Shown piece after piece: positions 24,333 through 39,730 of a stretch of DNA of 64,000 nt. Each line of letters opens with the position of its first letter. Position 1 is the stretch's first letter. The stretch comes from Lama guanicoe (taxonomy: Eukaryota): positions 34,580 through 98,579 of the forward strand of contig MU054100.1 in NCBI GenBank assembly GCA_013239625.1, written 5' to 3'. A model generated the notes under the pieces. That model did no database searches. It was not told the origin of the DNA and worked only from the letters and a program-made list of their open reading frames with translations. A program made the translations under genes and the position numbers.

Positions 24333-27300
24333 AAGTTGCTTTAGCACTGTTAATCTGCGTCATTCAACAGTCAGGCCACATTAGCATAAATAAACCCCGT
24401 GGCTCACATGGATAGTTCTAATGATTTATTCTTAGTCTTGGTGGCAAAAATCTAAGTTTCTTTGAATGTAAATGCTCTTTCTTTTCAAAATGTTTCTACT
24501 TCTGGCTGGTTTCTTTCTCCTATCTCTAGAAATCTCTGCATGCAATACACTGCGACATACTATAATCCTTATTTGCTTATAGAGGTGAATGAGTTGCCTT
24601 TCAAAAACCAAGGTACTCATTCTAATTAGGGGTTTACTTTTAGCCTTTCAGTGTACTTTTTACAAAGACATAGAATAAATTAGTTTTGATTTAGCTGGGG
24701 TGTTACTTTAGGTTAATTAAATAATTTTCTGCAATTAAAAAGAAGAAATTAATTCCTTTTCACTTCCTTGGCATTGCTCCAATTTTAATGTGATTTTAAA
24801 TCAGAGAGTGGTTTTAGGAAGTTTCTGATGCATTTGATTAGTTAATATGATGGTGGATTTATAAACTATTTAATTTGTGTTACTAAAACAAAGCTTTGGG
24901 TTAGAGGTGGTGTTACATGTTGGGATCTTAATATGTCACTTTGGAACTACAGGTTTTATAAGAACATCAAATAATTTATGTATGGTAGCAAATCAGAAAG
25001 ATATTAAAATCCATGCTGAAAATGAAGTAGATTGCTGACAGCTTAGATAAACAACTTATAAGTGCTCCCTAATAGAAAGATTGTCACTGGATATCCTGCT
25101 AATCTCTTGAAGTTTCTTCAAAATTAAGTTACTACATGGAGATGTTTCAGAGAGAGCAGCTACTGAATGACTTATTTTCATTGATAAGGAAGAAAATATC
25201 CCAAAATAAGTATGCTAGGAATGACAAATTCTCTGTTATTTGAGATCTTTCCAAGTTAAATTTCGTTTGCTCTGACATCTAAAGTACCCTTATCATAACT
25301 TTATTTGAGACCTTATAGATGGTAACGAAAGTAGGAGTGTAGACTGCATGAATATGGTGCAGAAAGCAGTGGGAACTGACTGTGGGGGCCTTCCGCTCCG
25401 GTCAAGGCAGTGGCTCTTGACCTCCCCAGGACACCCTTGCTCAGCAATCTGGGAGAGAACTCAGAACCTGACCTCCTTCCTCCCTCTGTTCCCATCAGTC
25501 CGTCAAGGTGCTGAACTATAGGAGGTGTGGCAGAAGCTGCCAGCATCCTTCCACCACAAGAGCTTAGGTTTAGGAAGAGCGCTATTGTCAATTAAACAGA
25601 AAGATAGAAAAGGGAAATGAAGCTCCAGGGAATAGGAAGGCAGTGGAGTGACACTTCAGGTAGAACAGACACTGTGAGGAAAAAGAAGGCAGTCACCCTG
25701 TGCATGATCTGGGCCAGAGGTTTTACTTCAAACAAAAAGTGGAGTCTGTGTGCACTGGAATTTGTATATTCTTAGTTTGTTCCTTCTAAGTTGTATGATC
25801 CATGAGTACTCAAGCTCAAGCCGTGAAAATTAATTTTATAAACAAAAGATACTTAAGTGTGTGTGTGCATATGTGTGGGGAAAAAGGGAGAGAGAGAGAG
25901 AGAGAGACTTTCTACTAGCAGTGGGGTAGTCAGAGTTTAGTAAATTTATATTGTGATACATTGCATGGAATCTGAAATAACATGACCAACCAGCACACAC
26001 AGGGTCTTAGACTTTGAGGAAGTCTGTCTTTTCCTACCCATTTCCCACCCATCACCCAAATTCGGTGACAATTGAGTACATCAAAGCAGAGGGAGATCAA
26101 AATATCAGCTGATTCTCACCCCCAGAATTAGACAGACTTAGCTACCTGGTCACAGGCCTTGCTGGATGACTAAAACCTTGAATGAGCGTGGCTGCAAACA
26201 GATCAGAATATGTTGCATCCTCGGAGCAGATGTGTCCTGGAGAAAGAGAAGATAAAGAAGGGAAAGTATGTCCACTCCCTTCTCCCAAAGTCATGATTTA
26301 GGTGTCACTTGTCCTTCCTGGACCACAAGTGAGGGAGGCGGTGGAGTCCAGGGATGATGAAGGCGGAGGAAATGCGTCTCCACTCACGTGGCAGGAACCA
26401 TCAGGAGGGCTGCCTCCTGACAGTCTCTGGCCAAGCAACTTGTGAACTCAGTCCTGCCACCCTCTGTCTCTTCCTTTCCTCTAGCTCTGCTGGCCTCCTT
26501 TCTGACCAAGCTCGTTCTATCTTGCTCAGATTTTTCACTTGCTGCTCCTCCTCCCAGAAGTGTTCTTCTCCCAAGCTTTTGATTGGGTGCCTTTTGATCA
26601 GGACTTTGTTTTCTGTTCAGATGTCATACCTCAAAGAGTCATTCTCTGACCACCTTAAGATGTCACCTCCTTCCGCTTCTCTTTCTTGCTTATCACTGTG
26701 CTGGTTTCCTCCTGGCACTGCCCAGTCTCCCAGCTGGAATGTAACTGGCACTGTGCCTTTAGATGTGCTGAATAGTGGTTGCCATGCAGTAGTGCCTAAA
26801 TGGTTACTGAAGGGATGACAATGGATGAACGTATCAATAAACAAATGTAGATTTGAAGCATGGGGTTCTGTCTCTTACACCTAAAATCCACTGTGTTCCC
26901 TTCTAGTTTTTATCTAAAAGTTGCTTTAAAGCACTGTTAATCTGCGTCATTCAACAGTCAGGCCACATTAGCATAAATAAACCCCGTGGCTCACATGGAT
27001 AGTTCTAATGATTTATTCTTAGTCTTGGTGGCAAAAGAGGCAGGATTTGGTGGATCGGGAGTTTCCAAGTACATGGGGTCCAAGTAACTTAAAGATGGAG
27101 AAGGCCATGCTTGTAAAGAGGCTTGGCGGTGCGAGTATCCATTTTGATTCAACTAATTACAGGCAGCCTGTGATACTTAGGATGCACAAGGCATATGGGG
27201 GAGAGATAAGAAATAGGGTTAGAAAGACACGCAGGAGCCAGCTCATGAAGAGATTATGCACTCTGAGAAGTTTGGACATTATCTGAAATTCTGATAGACA

Positions 27301-30300
27301 ATTTAAATTTTCAGCATGAGTGTGATAGAATCAGACTTGTGTTTCAGGAGAAAAAAATAGTACAGAAAATAATGAGGTTAGACAGCGCTGGAACCCGTTG
27401 GAAAGAAGTATGAGGCTGTTCAATTATCTGACCAAGAAATGAAGAGAATCTGCTTTCTTGAATAAAAGTAAATGAGAATTATAAGTAAGTGTCTAAATTT
27501 CCATAACTCGACGTTGTTTCATAGTGTGTCTTCATGACCTGATATGTACTGAGTTCTCCGCCCATCCACTGGAGGTCTCATAACTGGGTGATTATATAAA
27601 CCCTCTCTCTGGCTCAAGGGATTTCAGGGCAAAGAGAGAAACACACAGTAAGCAATGGGCAGAATGGATCCAGGATGGAGCAAATCCTTCCTGGTCACCT
27701 GAGTGTGTGTGCTTCCAAGGAGTAAAATGAACCCAAAGACAAAGAGGTTCTCACTAACTCACCACGTTATCAGTGTCTGTTCTTATCAGGATCAGCAGTA
27801 TAATCTGCAGGGCCCAGTGCAAAATGAAATTGTGAGTGCCTGGCTCAAAAATTACCAAGATTTTTAAGCTGCAACAGAACATTAAGTCAGAGCCCCACTG
27901 AGCCTGCGTGAACCCACATGGATCATATGCCCAGGATGCTGGTTCTGTCCTCATTGGCTTTCTCTAGGGGCCAGAATCCTAACTTTGACATTTGCTTCCT
28001 GGGAACAGTTGTCATATCCTGTGGCTAAGACACTAACCCAGATGATTGGATTAGCATTGTATTGGATCGCAGTTCTTACACTTGGCTGAGAGCATTCAAG
28101 GATCAGAAGAAATAGGAACAAGGCAGTGGTGGGGGCGGGGGCCAGGGCAGCAAAGCAGAGCAGCAGGTGAGGACACATGCTCCGGACCCAGACTGCTTGG
28201 GTTTCAAGTCTTCTCTATCACTTCAGTGGCATCTTGGACAAGGCACAAAAGCTCTCTGTGCCTCCGTTCTCTGACCTGCAAAATAGGAATGATGAGAGTA
28301 ACTGGGTTTTAGGATTGTTAGGAGGACTGGATAGATGCATGGAAAACACTTGGCAAGCGACTGAAACACTGTAAGTGCTCGGGTCTTGTTTCTTATTGTT
28401 TTGGAGATTATATTCTGGAGCGTGAATCTGGCTGTTTAATATAGTACAAACTTTACCATTCAGGGTGAGGTTTGTCATTCAGTGAGCAGAGATGCTCCGT
28501 TTCAACATAGTTGAATTTACTGATCATTTACTTTATGATTTTTATTTTTGTGCTTTTAGATATTTTTCCTATCCTAAATACAGAAAGCTTGTACCCTATC
28601 TTTTTCTTTGGAAAAGTTGACTTGTGCCTTTAATAATTCATTATATGTATGATATTAGATAGGAATCAAATGACTTTTCCCACGTGGAGACACTGACCTC
28701 CTTTTCTGTCTTCTCTATGCACCCCAGGATGCCCAACGATCTAGCCACGCTTGTCTCCCTTGCTCTTTCTAGAATTTGACTTTGGGCCTTTTACAAATAT
28801 TATTCACTCTGCCTAGAATTCTCTTCCCCAGGTTATTATATAGGTGATCCCTGACCTCCTTCATGTTCTGGTTCAAATATTCTTTCTCATTGAGGCTTTG
28901 AAGTTTATTACACCCATCCCTCCTGCCCCCCACATGCATGCATTCCCTAGCCCTCCCTTCTGCATTTTGTTTTGTTCTGTTTTGTTTTGGGGCTTTGCAC
29001 AGCATTTAACTGACATACAAAACACTAAATAGCTGATACTATTTTTAATTATCTTTCTGCCTCTGTTAGAATGTAAAGTGTATGAGTGCAGGGATAGTGT
29101 TTTCTTGTGTTTTGATGTATTCTCGATTTCCAAAACAGTGTCTCCTCCTTTGAGAATTTCAAATTCCTCTTCCAGAGTAATCAAGAACTCCTTTTTATAA
29201 ACAGTTATGTCTTGGGTATCCTACTAGATGGAGTAATGAAAATTCCAGCTGCACCCAAGTATTAATAGAAGGCATGTGATTAGGAAAATTCCTGATTTAC
29301 CGTCTTCATTAAAAGCCAGGATCTTACCACCAGCAATGGAGAATTTTCTCCAAAAGCCAGTGCTCCAAAAATTTTCCTTAGTGTTGTATTTTTAGCAGTG
29401 CATTTATGAAATGTTTTAAAAGTATTCCAATGAGAATTGCAAAGGAGACAGGAAGAAAAGGAGGAGGATCCTGTAGGACATAGCAACCAATTGTAACCCA
29501 ATTGCCAATTGGTACCCAAATTGTAACCCAGTGACCATTGGGTATTTATAAGTATTTTAGGATAATTGATAGTAGTATTTCTATGTATGATAGTTTCTAT
29601 GGTTATGTTTAGAAAACAAACCTTATCTTTTATCAACCTATCCTGACAAATTTACAGATGAAATTATGTGATATCTGAATGTTCTTTGAAATAATTGGGT
29701 GTGAGTGGGTGGGTATGTGTATAGTTCAAACAGGCTTGGCCATGTAATTGTTGAAGCTGATGGATGGATACATTGGGTTTATTTGATATGTTTGAAAATT
29801 TCCAAAGTTATAAAAGATAAACATTTTACATAGAACTAAAAAACAAACTTCTCCAGCAATCTATTTTTTTCTATGCTAACAGAGTTTCACCAGATGTGTA
29901 CCCTGCCTCATGGGTGGAAACTCATCTCTCCCAACTCCCCATTTAAGAAAATAAGTATTTGGTCAGTGTTTGTATGTTCATGCAGTCAGGACTTTCACTC
30001 ATTCATCCTTTTATTTAGTCAACAGTCATTCATTAGTTGTCTCCTTGGTACTAAGACCTGGAGAGACTCGCTGTTTGGAAGATTTCTGCTTGTCTCTTTC
30101 TGAGACAAGAAGACAGTAGGATACAGTGTGGATCTGGTGGAGGCTTGGAAGCATAAGGGGAGGGCTCCTTGGCTGAGGGTGGGATGGGAAAGACTTCTTG
30201 AAAGAGGGGACCCTCTGTTCAGTCTCAAAGGAAGCTTAGGGGTTATCTGGATAAAGGAGAAGAAGAATGTGCTTACCCCCTTCCCCACACTAACCTGTCT

Positions 30301-33300
30301 GCCTGCTAGCAGTTTTGTATACTTACCAGATGCCAGATGCTGAATGACCTACTTTACATCCCTTTACTTAATTCTTCGTCATCAAAGTCCTCAAGTAAGG
30401 TGATCTAATTATTTACCGGGAAATAAGTAATTTTCCCAAGTTCACAAACCTGGAGTTCTAGATTCACCGATTCAAAAAAGTCATTTTATTACATCCACTC
30501 GAAGCCAAAAGAGGAATTTCAAAAGCTAGTGACAAAATAATGAAGACAGTAAGATGGGTAATAACATGAACCTCATGCATAAAGGAGATAATTAAGAGTC
30601 TTTGTCTAGATTGTGATAAAATTTAGAGTTGAAAATGAAAAACTTTATTTTAATTGGTTTGCCTTCACAGAGTTATTTTCCTTTGAGTTTTTTTACCTTT
30701 ATTCCCAAACTAAAAATTTTAATATCACAGCTGATATTAATATTTGAGAGATTCCCCACACACCTTACATTCACGTAAACCAGTCTTTCTTTACATGTAG
30801 ACACATCCTGGAAGGGACATTGCAGAACATTGCAGAGAGCAGGATTTCTGTGGTTGAGCGTTGATGAGTGCTGATCCATTTGGAACATTGCAGGCTCCAG
30901 ACAGCAAATGGGTGAGTGATGTTCTTCACTCCTTTGTGAAAAGATATGAGGATCTGAGATTCTGGACCTTCTAGCAGAAGTTTCGACCCGTGAAGGTTCT
31001 GTCCCTAACTTGAGTCCTTACTCTGCTATGGCCCATGAACTTGACTCAGAAGCCCTTCTGTCCTCTAGCTGTCAGCATGATCCTGGGCATGAGTATTGTC
31101 CTTTCGTGCCCACGAAAGCATGAAACATTAACAGGATAGGGAGACATGTATTATTTAAAAGGATTTTTCTAACATATAGTTCTGGATTCATGACTAATAA
31201 TGATGACAACATCTTGAACTTGCATCTTAGATGACATTTGTGCCTCCTTCTCAAACCCATCTGCACAAAGTGCAGTATGGTGTGGCAGTGTATTTCAGTC
31301 TTAATGCTGACTGAGTGCCACATGTCAGCAAGCTGTAGCAGGCAGCCTCCAGACATTTTATCTGCTAAAATGAAAAGGGGTCAGGTTGTGGGGGGAATAA
31401 ATCCCTGTCATTTCCTCACACACTGGCAGCAAGAAAAGACAAGTGCAATGCACCATTTTAGACAGTGTTGGTAACCGTCCGCCTTTATAGTACACATTTC
31501 CAATTATGCCCAATATGATGTATTTAGCTTGAAGGCAGGTCATGTTTTATAAAATGTGTTGAGAGCAGTAACGATTTAGTGGGTGCTCATTTGTTTCTGT
31601 TGCTTGGTTAAGCATGCTGCATTGTCTTTTTCTGTTTTACATATGGATGAATATGAGATGTTAGCTCTAAGTGTGCTAAGTCAGTGGTTCCCTACCAGGG
31701 AGATTTTTAAAATAGATCCATGCTTGGGCCCCACCCACCAGAGATTCTGATTTAAATTCTTTGGGTTGTGGGACTTTAGGAGTCTGTACATGTACCCTCT
31801 GAGATTCTAATACAGAGTCAGGGTGAAGGACCACATGGATTGAGGAGACAGCAAGATTAGCTGTGTGGGACTTAGTTGGGATATTTAAAGAGAGGAAAGG
31901 CCAGTAAGGCTAGCTATCCAAACTGGAAATGTTTGAAGAGCATTAGTGGTTGAGAATAGGAAGTAGAGGATATTGGAGATAGTCTCTAGAAATTTAACTG
32001 TTGTGTAGGCTTCAGTGAGTATGTTGTGCCTACCATAGGGACAAAAATGCTTATTTGCTCAACTGTCATCCTAGGTGGCACATATAAAAGTGAGTTGCTT
32101 CTTTTGAAATCCATAGTAAAGGCTTACATGAAGTACAGTATGTATATATGTGATTTGCAAAACACTTTAAATCTCATTCCTAACAGCTGTCCTGTTAGTT
32201 GGCTTGACATTATTGCCCACATAGGACAAGTAAGAAAATGGAAGCTCTAGAAGGTTAAGTGCTTTGCCCACGGCAGTATAGCAGTTTGATAATGAGCTGG
32301 ATTCAAAATCTGAGCCCTAGGGGTCTTGTCTATTGCCCGAGCTGCTGAACTTGGCCTGTGTGGCTAAGTGAATGATGATTATGAAAAGTTAAGACTGTAG
32401 AAGACATTTTTTTCAGGCAACATTTCAAAATGAAAGATATATATGGGTATCCTGGAGCCTTTTTTCAGCAATCCTGGAAAGTTTAGCAGAAGAGCTTTGC
32501 AATTGTGTTTAATATCATCTGGATATGGATGGGCTCCATGTTCATCTGGGAGGACTTGGAGGTCTAGCTGGGAGGGAACTTGGGGGGAGGAGACAGCCCT
32601 TGATGTATCTGCTCTCTGCAGGGAACACCAAGATGAAGAGGAAGGAAGGATATGAAAACTTCCTCCTCGTGGTTCTTCTAGGGCTTTGCATTTTTCACCA
32701 CTTAAGCCTTCCATTTCTCCTTGAGTGAAGAGAGAACGTACGGGTTCGATGGCCTTTGGATAGTAAATACAAAGTTCATATTATCATTTCTGAATGCTTA
32801 TAAAACTATGGAGAACGTCTCCCATTATTCTCCATCCATCGTGTTTCACTTCTGCTTCACTGGGGAGGTTTAATAATGCACGCATGTACGCTTCAGTGTA
32901 ACACACAGCACTGCATGCGTCTCTTCCATATAGCAGCCACCTGATAAATATTTATCAATGGTGACAGCACTGTACGGGTCATTGCCTCCCTCTGAGAACC
33001 CAGAGTCTGGGTTCTCCAAATTTAAGTGGGACATAGTCGGTCTGGTGAATCCTGTTTTTGTACTTTTTCTACAAAGGAAATCAGCTCCGAATCTCAAAAA
33101 TGGTTGCAAATAAACTAGAAAGGGGATATTCTCTTGTGTATAATTAATCAGGAGAGAGAATCTACATTTTAGGGGATTTAATGTTGAAGAAACTCAGGCT
33201 GCCTAACATCATACTGGGATCTTTGTCTGTAGCATTAACATAGAAACAGACTCCTTAATGACCATGTGGAATTTTTTGCCAAGTGAAGCTTGTTTTCACC

Positions 33301-34525
33301 TCATATTCATGCTCCTCTTTGATTAAATGCCAGTTCTCTTTAGTTATGTAGCATCTTTGTGATGTGTTTATTGTAAGAACACATAGAAAGTAGCTCTGGT
33401 TGATTATTTTGAGGCAAGCCCTATCTTTTTCTTTCCATTTCATTTTTAACATAAAGATTCATAAGCAAGTGTGCTCGGGGCACAAAGCAGTTTTCTTTGG
33501 ATGTGTGAACTGCTATCTCAAGCAGAATTCTGTGGCAAGAAATAAAAAGGCCCAATGATCAGATTAAATAGATAATTTTAAGAACAGCAGTGCAGCCTGC
33601 CTTTTCTACACATTCGAAATGCAACCCTTCTGCTGAGGCGAGATACAAAATGTGCTTGTTTCTTGCAATCATGGGGGTGATGGTTTTTTTCTGAGTGATC
33701 ATGTAATTTTTCATACAAACTGAGGACTTTCTGAAAGTGAGTAGATGAGCTCTTGTAGCCAGGAAAACAGGCATTAACTGGACTGTCCTGAGGAAACAGG
33801 ATGTTTGATGACCCTACCTGTTCCTCTTCAATGATACCAGAAGGTGGCTGGTGCTAACTGCAGCTCGAGTTTAATTTACTAGAGACATGGAATGATTTTA
33901 AGCCACCCATGGTCTACTCTTAGATTTCCAGAACACAGGTAAAATCCAGCACTGAATGGAAGACCATTTTTGTCACATTTTTCTTTTATTTAGAAAGAGC
34001 CTCAACTAATGATGCTCTTCTCCTACTATTTTTTAAAATCTGTCTTCTCACCTTGTCTCTTGAATTCTTACTCTGCTGGAGGAGACTCCCTGTCCCAGGC
34101 AGTGTGGACATACTTTTCATTCAGTATCTCATTTATCCTCAAAATGATCATATGAAATAGAAACGTATATTTGGCCTACTTTACAGCCAAGGAAACTAAG
34201 GCTTAGCATGATTAGAGGGATTGTCTGAACTCTAGTAAGCACTAGCGTTGCAGCTCAACCCCAGAAAGTATTTAATGTGTGGTTGTTTCCATGATACGAA
34301 TCTTAAAATATCACTGGTGCCATCCTTTGGCTTCAGGATTGATGGATTAGAGAGGAATGATCAACAGAATCTGGATTGTGTTTGTTTAGTGGTGAACTGG
34401 ACTTATAAGTTGGGAGGAAGAAAGAGCACTGCATGAGAGCTAAGATTGACATAGTGAAAAGTCTGGTAGGATGTTGGTGCCTTGAAGCAGATAGGTGGCT
34501 AAGTAAAAAAAAAAAAATTAAATAA

Positions 34526-34959
34526 AGCCATTTGCAGCAACATGGATGGACCTAGAGATTATTATACTACGTGAAGTAAGTCAGACAGAGAAAGACAAAT
34601 CTCATATGATACCACTTATATATGGAATCTAAAAAAAGTGATACAAATTCTATTTACTAACCAAAAGTAGACTCACAGACATATGAAAGTAGCTATGGTT
34701 ATCAAAGGGGAAAGGGGGCAGGAGGATGAATTAGGAGTTTGGGATTAACAGACACACGTTACTGTATATAAAATAGATAAACAGCAAGGACCTACTGTTT
34801 AGCACAGGGAACTGTATTCAATTTCTTGTAATAACATATATTGGAAAAGAATCTGAAAAGAAAATATATATTTATGTATGTGTATAACTGAATGACTTTG
34901 CTGTACACTGGCAACTAACATTGTAAGTCAACTACACTTCAATTAAAAAAAATAATAAA
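34526..34959 (+). mobile_element. 5'-truncated L1 3' end
   Basis: gccatttgcagcaacatggatggacctagag...aaggacctactgtttagcacagggaact...aactacacttcaatt followed by an A tail. Confidence 0.88.
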
Positions 34960-37900
34960 CCAGAAAAAAAAAAGACAGAATGGGTGGCTGAAATCTATTA
35001 GACCTGTTAGTAACCGAGACATTTGAGAAATGAGGAAAGCCAGCGCGGTCACTTTTTATAAACCTACCATCAGAATTCTGCAGATTGGTGTTGGAGTAAC
35101 TTCTGTGTGTGACCAGTATGTCCCCATCCTGCACCTACTTGTCATATCCATGTGCCTTTAGGAGCCTTCCCTCTTGCATCCATCTCCAACCCTGCCTCCC
35201 TGTCAGCAAGGGCTCACATTCACCATGCTCTCACTTGCTGTACTTGCTTTTACCCTATTCTCACATTTCAAATCAATTAGAAACTTAGGGGGTCAATTCT
35301 TTACTTCAAATCATTAATTGAGTAACCCTGGTGTCAGGGCTCAATAGCCATGACTGTTCAGTTCAGTGAAATGTGTCCCAGCTTACCTGGCCATGAATCA
35401 CCTAGAGGTGATCTTTATGCGCTAATTTCCACCACCTTTGCTACCACCTTTCCGGGGAAAGTCTGGTATAGACTTTTACTGAGGGTCTATAAATATCCCT
35501 CACTGTTTGTGTCCACTCATGTGAAATATGGCTCTTGGTCTTTAAGTTGTCATCTTCGCTTAATGTTACTTCTTTGGACTGCAATTACTAACTTAAGTTT
35601 AATTATGTCTGATGACTTACTAATTATAAATTGTGCATAAGTTAAAATTGAATTTAGATTAGTTGTTTATTAGCCATAATCATGCTTGAGCAGTCATTTC
35701 TGTTTGCAAACAGGCACTTTAATTTATTGTTATTTTTCATAGACCTAATGAGGTCAGAAGCCTCACTCACAAAGCCCTACACACATTGCTTTAATTGACA
35801 GTTAAGGCCTTCTGCCAGCAGGAAGGAAGTAGTATCCACTGGGAATAGCAGAGTCACTGATGTGAACTCGTCCCTGAAATGCCCCTTTTCTTTCTCTTCA
35901 TCTTACTGTAAAGTCTCTTTTATGGAAAAATCATGGGTTTTGATATCGATTTAGCTGCTGTTTTAATCCTAGCTAGATGACTTTGTGGAAATTATTTTCC
36001 TCTTATACTCTCTATTTTCTGATCTGCAAAGTGGGTATAATAATAATAATAACAACAATAGTAATAAGAGCCAATCTCATAAAGTGTTGTAATAATGAGA
36101 TAGCATATGCATAATGCCAAGAAGTGGATGTGACATAGATTAAAGTGATAATTCTGGAAATTTCTAACATATTTTACATACTTATTTAATAGAGTGTTTT
36201 CCACCTGCAAAAATACTGTCTTTGCCTTTCCATATTTCCTTCCCAGAAATCATTTTCTACTTGTATATTCAGGGGAAAGGGAAGCTTTGTTGGACATCAC
36301 TTCCTGAGAGCTTCCACTTGGCCTTTTGCTCAACTTCTCTTGTCTGAGTTCAAATTATGATGCTGGTACTGTCAGAGGCATCCATTTCTTTTGTTGCTGG
36401 TTACCTCTCGGATTTATGGAATTATTGTCCTGGTGATACCGAACTGCTACCCATGTGCTGCCTTCAAATACAGGTCAAGTGAGAAGACCATGGACTTCAT
36501 CCCAAGTGTAGAAACTGCCTATCCTTGAATTTCCCATAACATGAGCTAAATCATGTCTGTTCTGCATAACTGACTGCTGTAAGTTTGGTCATAATTTGAG
36601 GTACTTTCATTTATAGGGAGGGGAAAAATCCTTTAAAACTGAATGCAAAATTCATGAGATTTCAATGTTTAGGGGAAAAGAAACACAGACACAACCACTT
36701 ACAAAGAGAAATTCTTAACAGGTATCTCACAGATCTGGTGGTGTTTCCCTGTATTATGATCCTTCCTTGTTTCTCTCTCTCTCTTCAAAGACATAAATAT
36801 TTCTTTATTCCCATACAGTGCTAACCAGTTTTCTCTCTGGGAAAACCTGACCTCATTTCTAAAAGTTTGTTTGCCTGTAGAATCCATCCTTCTCAGCTTC
36901 ACCTGAACATTTTTAGGGCATGATAATCAATGCAACTCCTTTTCCAAAACTTTAGATTATTTGACATGGAATTACACTATAAAGCAAATACCTCTATGTG
37001 TGTGGTGGGGGGTGTGTGTGTGTGCACGCGTGCATGTGTGTGTGTGTGTGTATGTGCATGCCTTGTGAAGGGAGAGGCATTGATCCCTGTTCTCTCTCAG
37101 GGTGGGGTAAAGTCAGCCCATTCATTTTTTTATTGTCTTCAATCTTTATTTCTGGTCTCCTTACACTTGGACAAAGCACACTCACTCTCTCTCTCTCTCT
37201 CTCTCTCACACATACACACACAGAGAAACCCACATTCATGTACACATTCTAAGGATAAACAATAATCATCAGAGTAAGTACGATGTAATTAGAATTAATT
37301 GAAAGTGGGGGAAGATACATTTTCCTAAAGGCATAATTATTTACCCACAATGTCCCCACCCAAATGAAGATAGCTTGTATATTATTATGCAGAACTGTTT
37401 TAATTACACTTTTTTTTCTATTTAGCTTTCTTTTCTCTACTCCTTACTGGGCCTTAACTACATTCAAAAAGGGGCTGATTATACCATTCCTCTCCGTCAA
37501 ATAGTAGCAACTCTCCTTTGACTTTATAAGCATGCCCTGTGGGAAACAGGTAGCCACTCAAATTGGGTAACTGGGGAAAATTTAATGAAGGAACTGTTAC
37601 AGAGGAGTGGACAGGGTTAATGTAAACAAACAGTGGGGCCTGGCTAGTGATGGTCCAGAGCCTGAAAGTTGACAGAGATGGGAGCAGTAGGTAGAACTCA
37701 GAGAAAGTGGCTGTAGGACAGTGGCACTCTGTACGAACTGTGGCTTTGGGAACCAAGGGAACCAACTTTGAGTTGATTGCGAGGATTAAATCTTGTGGAA
37801 TAAATACCCTCATCTCTCTCTCTGTCCTTTGTTAACTTTTTTTCCTTCCTTTGTATGCCCCAAAACACCTTTGGCCAAAGCCAGCCAGAAGCCAATGGAC

Positions 37901-39730
37901 AAGGCTGCCACTAATAAATATCTTATATGGTCAGATCTCTGGGTATAAAGCAGGTTAAAGAAAGGAGAAAAAAAAAAGGAGCAGATGGAAAAGATCTCCT
38001 TAACTCATAGTTCAAGGTTATAAAAGTGGGTTGGTCTCCCCTTCTCATAATCACATTAAAATGGTAGAATTTAATTTTAGGAGCCCCAATTCCTAATCAA
38101 AAACAAAAGAAGAGGCCCATCCATGGATGAGAGATCTCAACTTATTTATGGTAGAGTCAGTGGACAAAGACTGAAAGATGGAGAAACTGAGGGTGTGGCA
38201 CAGGGAGCAGGAAGTGGGTGGCAAGAGAAGAGGACGCTTGTCTCCCCAGGAAGGCTCTTTAGAACCATGGTGGCTGGTCTGATGGAGGGTGGGAGTGAGG
38301 AGTGGGATGGAAAAAATGTATACAGGTTATTTAAGTCTGTAAATAACCAGGAGAGGCATAAAAATAGTGATATAGTTGTAAAACGTTGAAAGGTGGTGCA
38401 AAATAAATACTCAGCCATTATAGCGAAAGGTCGATAGGTAATGTCGAACGTTAATAAATCAGGAAGAAATGACATAAACATATTATTTATCGATTTGGAG
38501 GTAACCACAGAAGAACTAAATGCACAAAGAGTTCAGAATGTTCTGGGAGGAGGAGGACAGGGAATGGGCTGTAGGTCAGTTGATTCTCACTGTAGGAAGT
38601 CTTTCTGCACTAAAAATTGTTTAAAAACCATGTGAATATAGAATTTTCATAAAAGTGCCCCCTTTTTCCCCTTTTGATTTGCTCCACTTAGTTTGCTGGA
38701 TTTCTAGAAATTTTCCTCTTCATATGGGTAGTTCCATTATGTGTCTCAAAACTAAAAACTAATTCAGTTTTCTCCTATGCTTCTTTCTCTCCACATTCCT
38801 TACAGCCCTCTCTGTGCTCATCCCCAGCCCCCAGAAGTGCGCTGGCATGAGCCTTATACACAACTCTGCCCCCGAACACAGTGTCTTTCTCTGTGAAGTC
38901 CACAAACCCTTCCATCTCAGTGCCTTTTCTCAAACTATTTCCTTGACCTGAAATGGCTTCAGCCTTTAAAAAAAAAGAAACCACCCTATTCAGCCTTCAA
39001 GTCCCAGAATAAAATCTGCCTTCAGGAACTGTCTTTGGTTTCCAGAGTTAAAAATGATTACGCTGTCTTCTGTCCTCTCCCAATACTGCACCACTGTCCA
39101 ACGATTCTCACTCTGTAGGGTCTCATAACTTGTTGTGTAGCTGTCTAACACCTCTACTTTCTGAGTAGTTGTAAGTTCCAGAATTTGTATCTGTGTATCA
39201 AGTGCAGTATCTTACGCATAAAGATTAAAATAGTTGCAAAGCACCATGGTGGGTTTCTGTTGTTCTTGTTGACTCAGAAGGATCTAAGATGATGAAGTGA
39301 ACCGCCTCCATGTTAAAGTGAACACCAGCTGTCCTTAGGTTGAGGTGCCTATTGACGCTTGTGCTGCTCAGCAAAATCACCAAGTAGACAATGTTTTGTC
39401 CTGTCTTCACCGTAGTGCCTCTTCTCTAAATGCCAGTTAGACACATATTACCTCCGGTTATGAGGAATAAGACATTTAATAAGCTAATCCCCATAAATAA
39501 ATATGATACTAATGTATTAATTTTAATAAGAGTGTTTGCATAATAAAAAGTAGCCTGAAGAAGAAAGTGACTTACCTGAGGGGGAAGAATTGCTAATAGT
39601 TAAACTTCAGGCCCCTGAGCTGTTGTTTTGAGATCAAACTGGCTTTATGGAGCCTCTCAGACTACGCCATAGAACTTTTATGGCATAGGTAATATAGACT
39701 CTGATTAATTTAAAATATAATAAGGCAGTG

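Noticed and set aside
23486..24415. Long ORFs of 273-309 aa
   Set aside because: They are artefacts of translating through the N gap. The same applies to the ORFs across 39989-40177, apart from the real exon.
29485..29545. Short imperfect repeats (caattgtaaccc...) as a possible array or CRISPR
   Set aside because: There are only 3-4 degenerate units without unique spacers, in a eukaryotic context. This looks like slippage.
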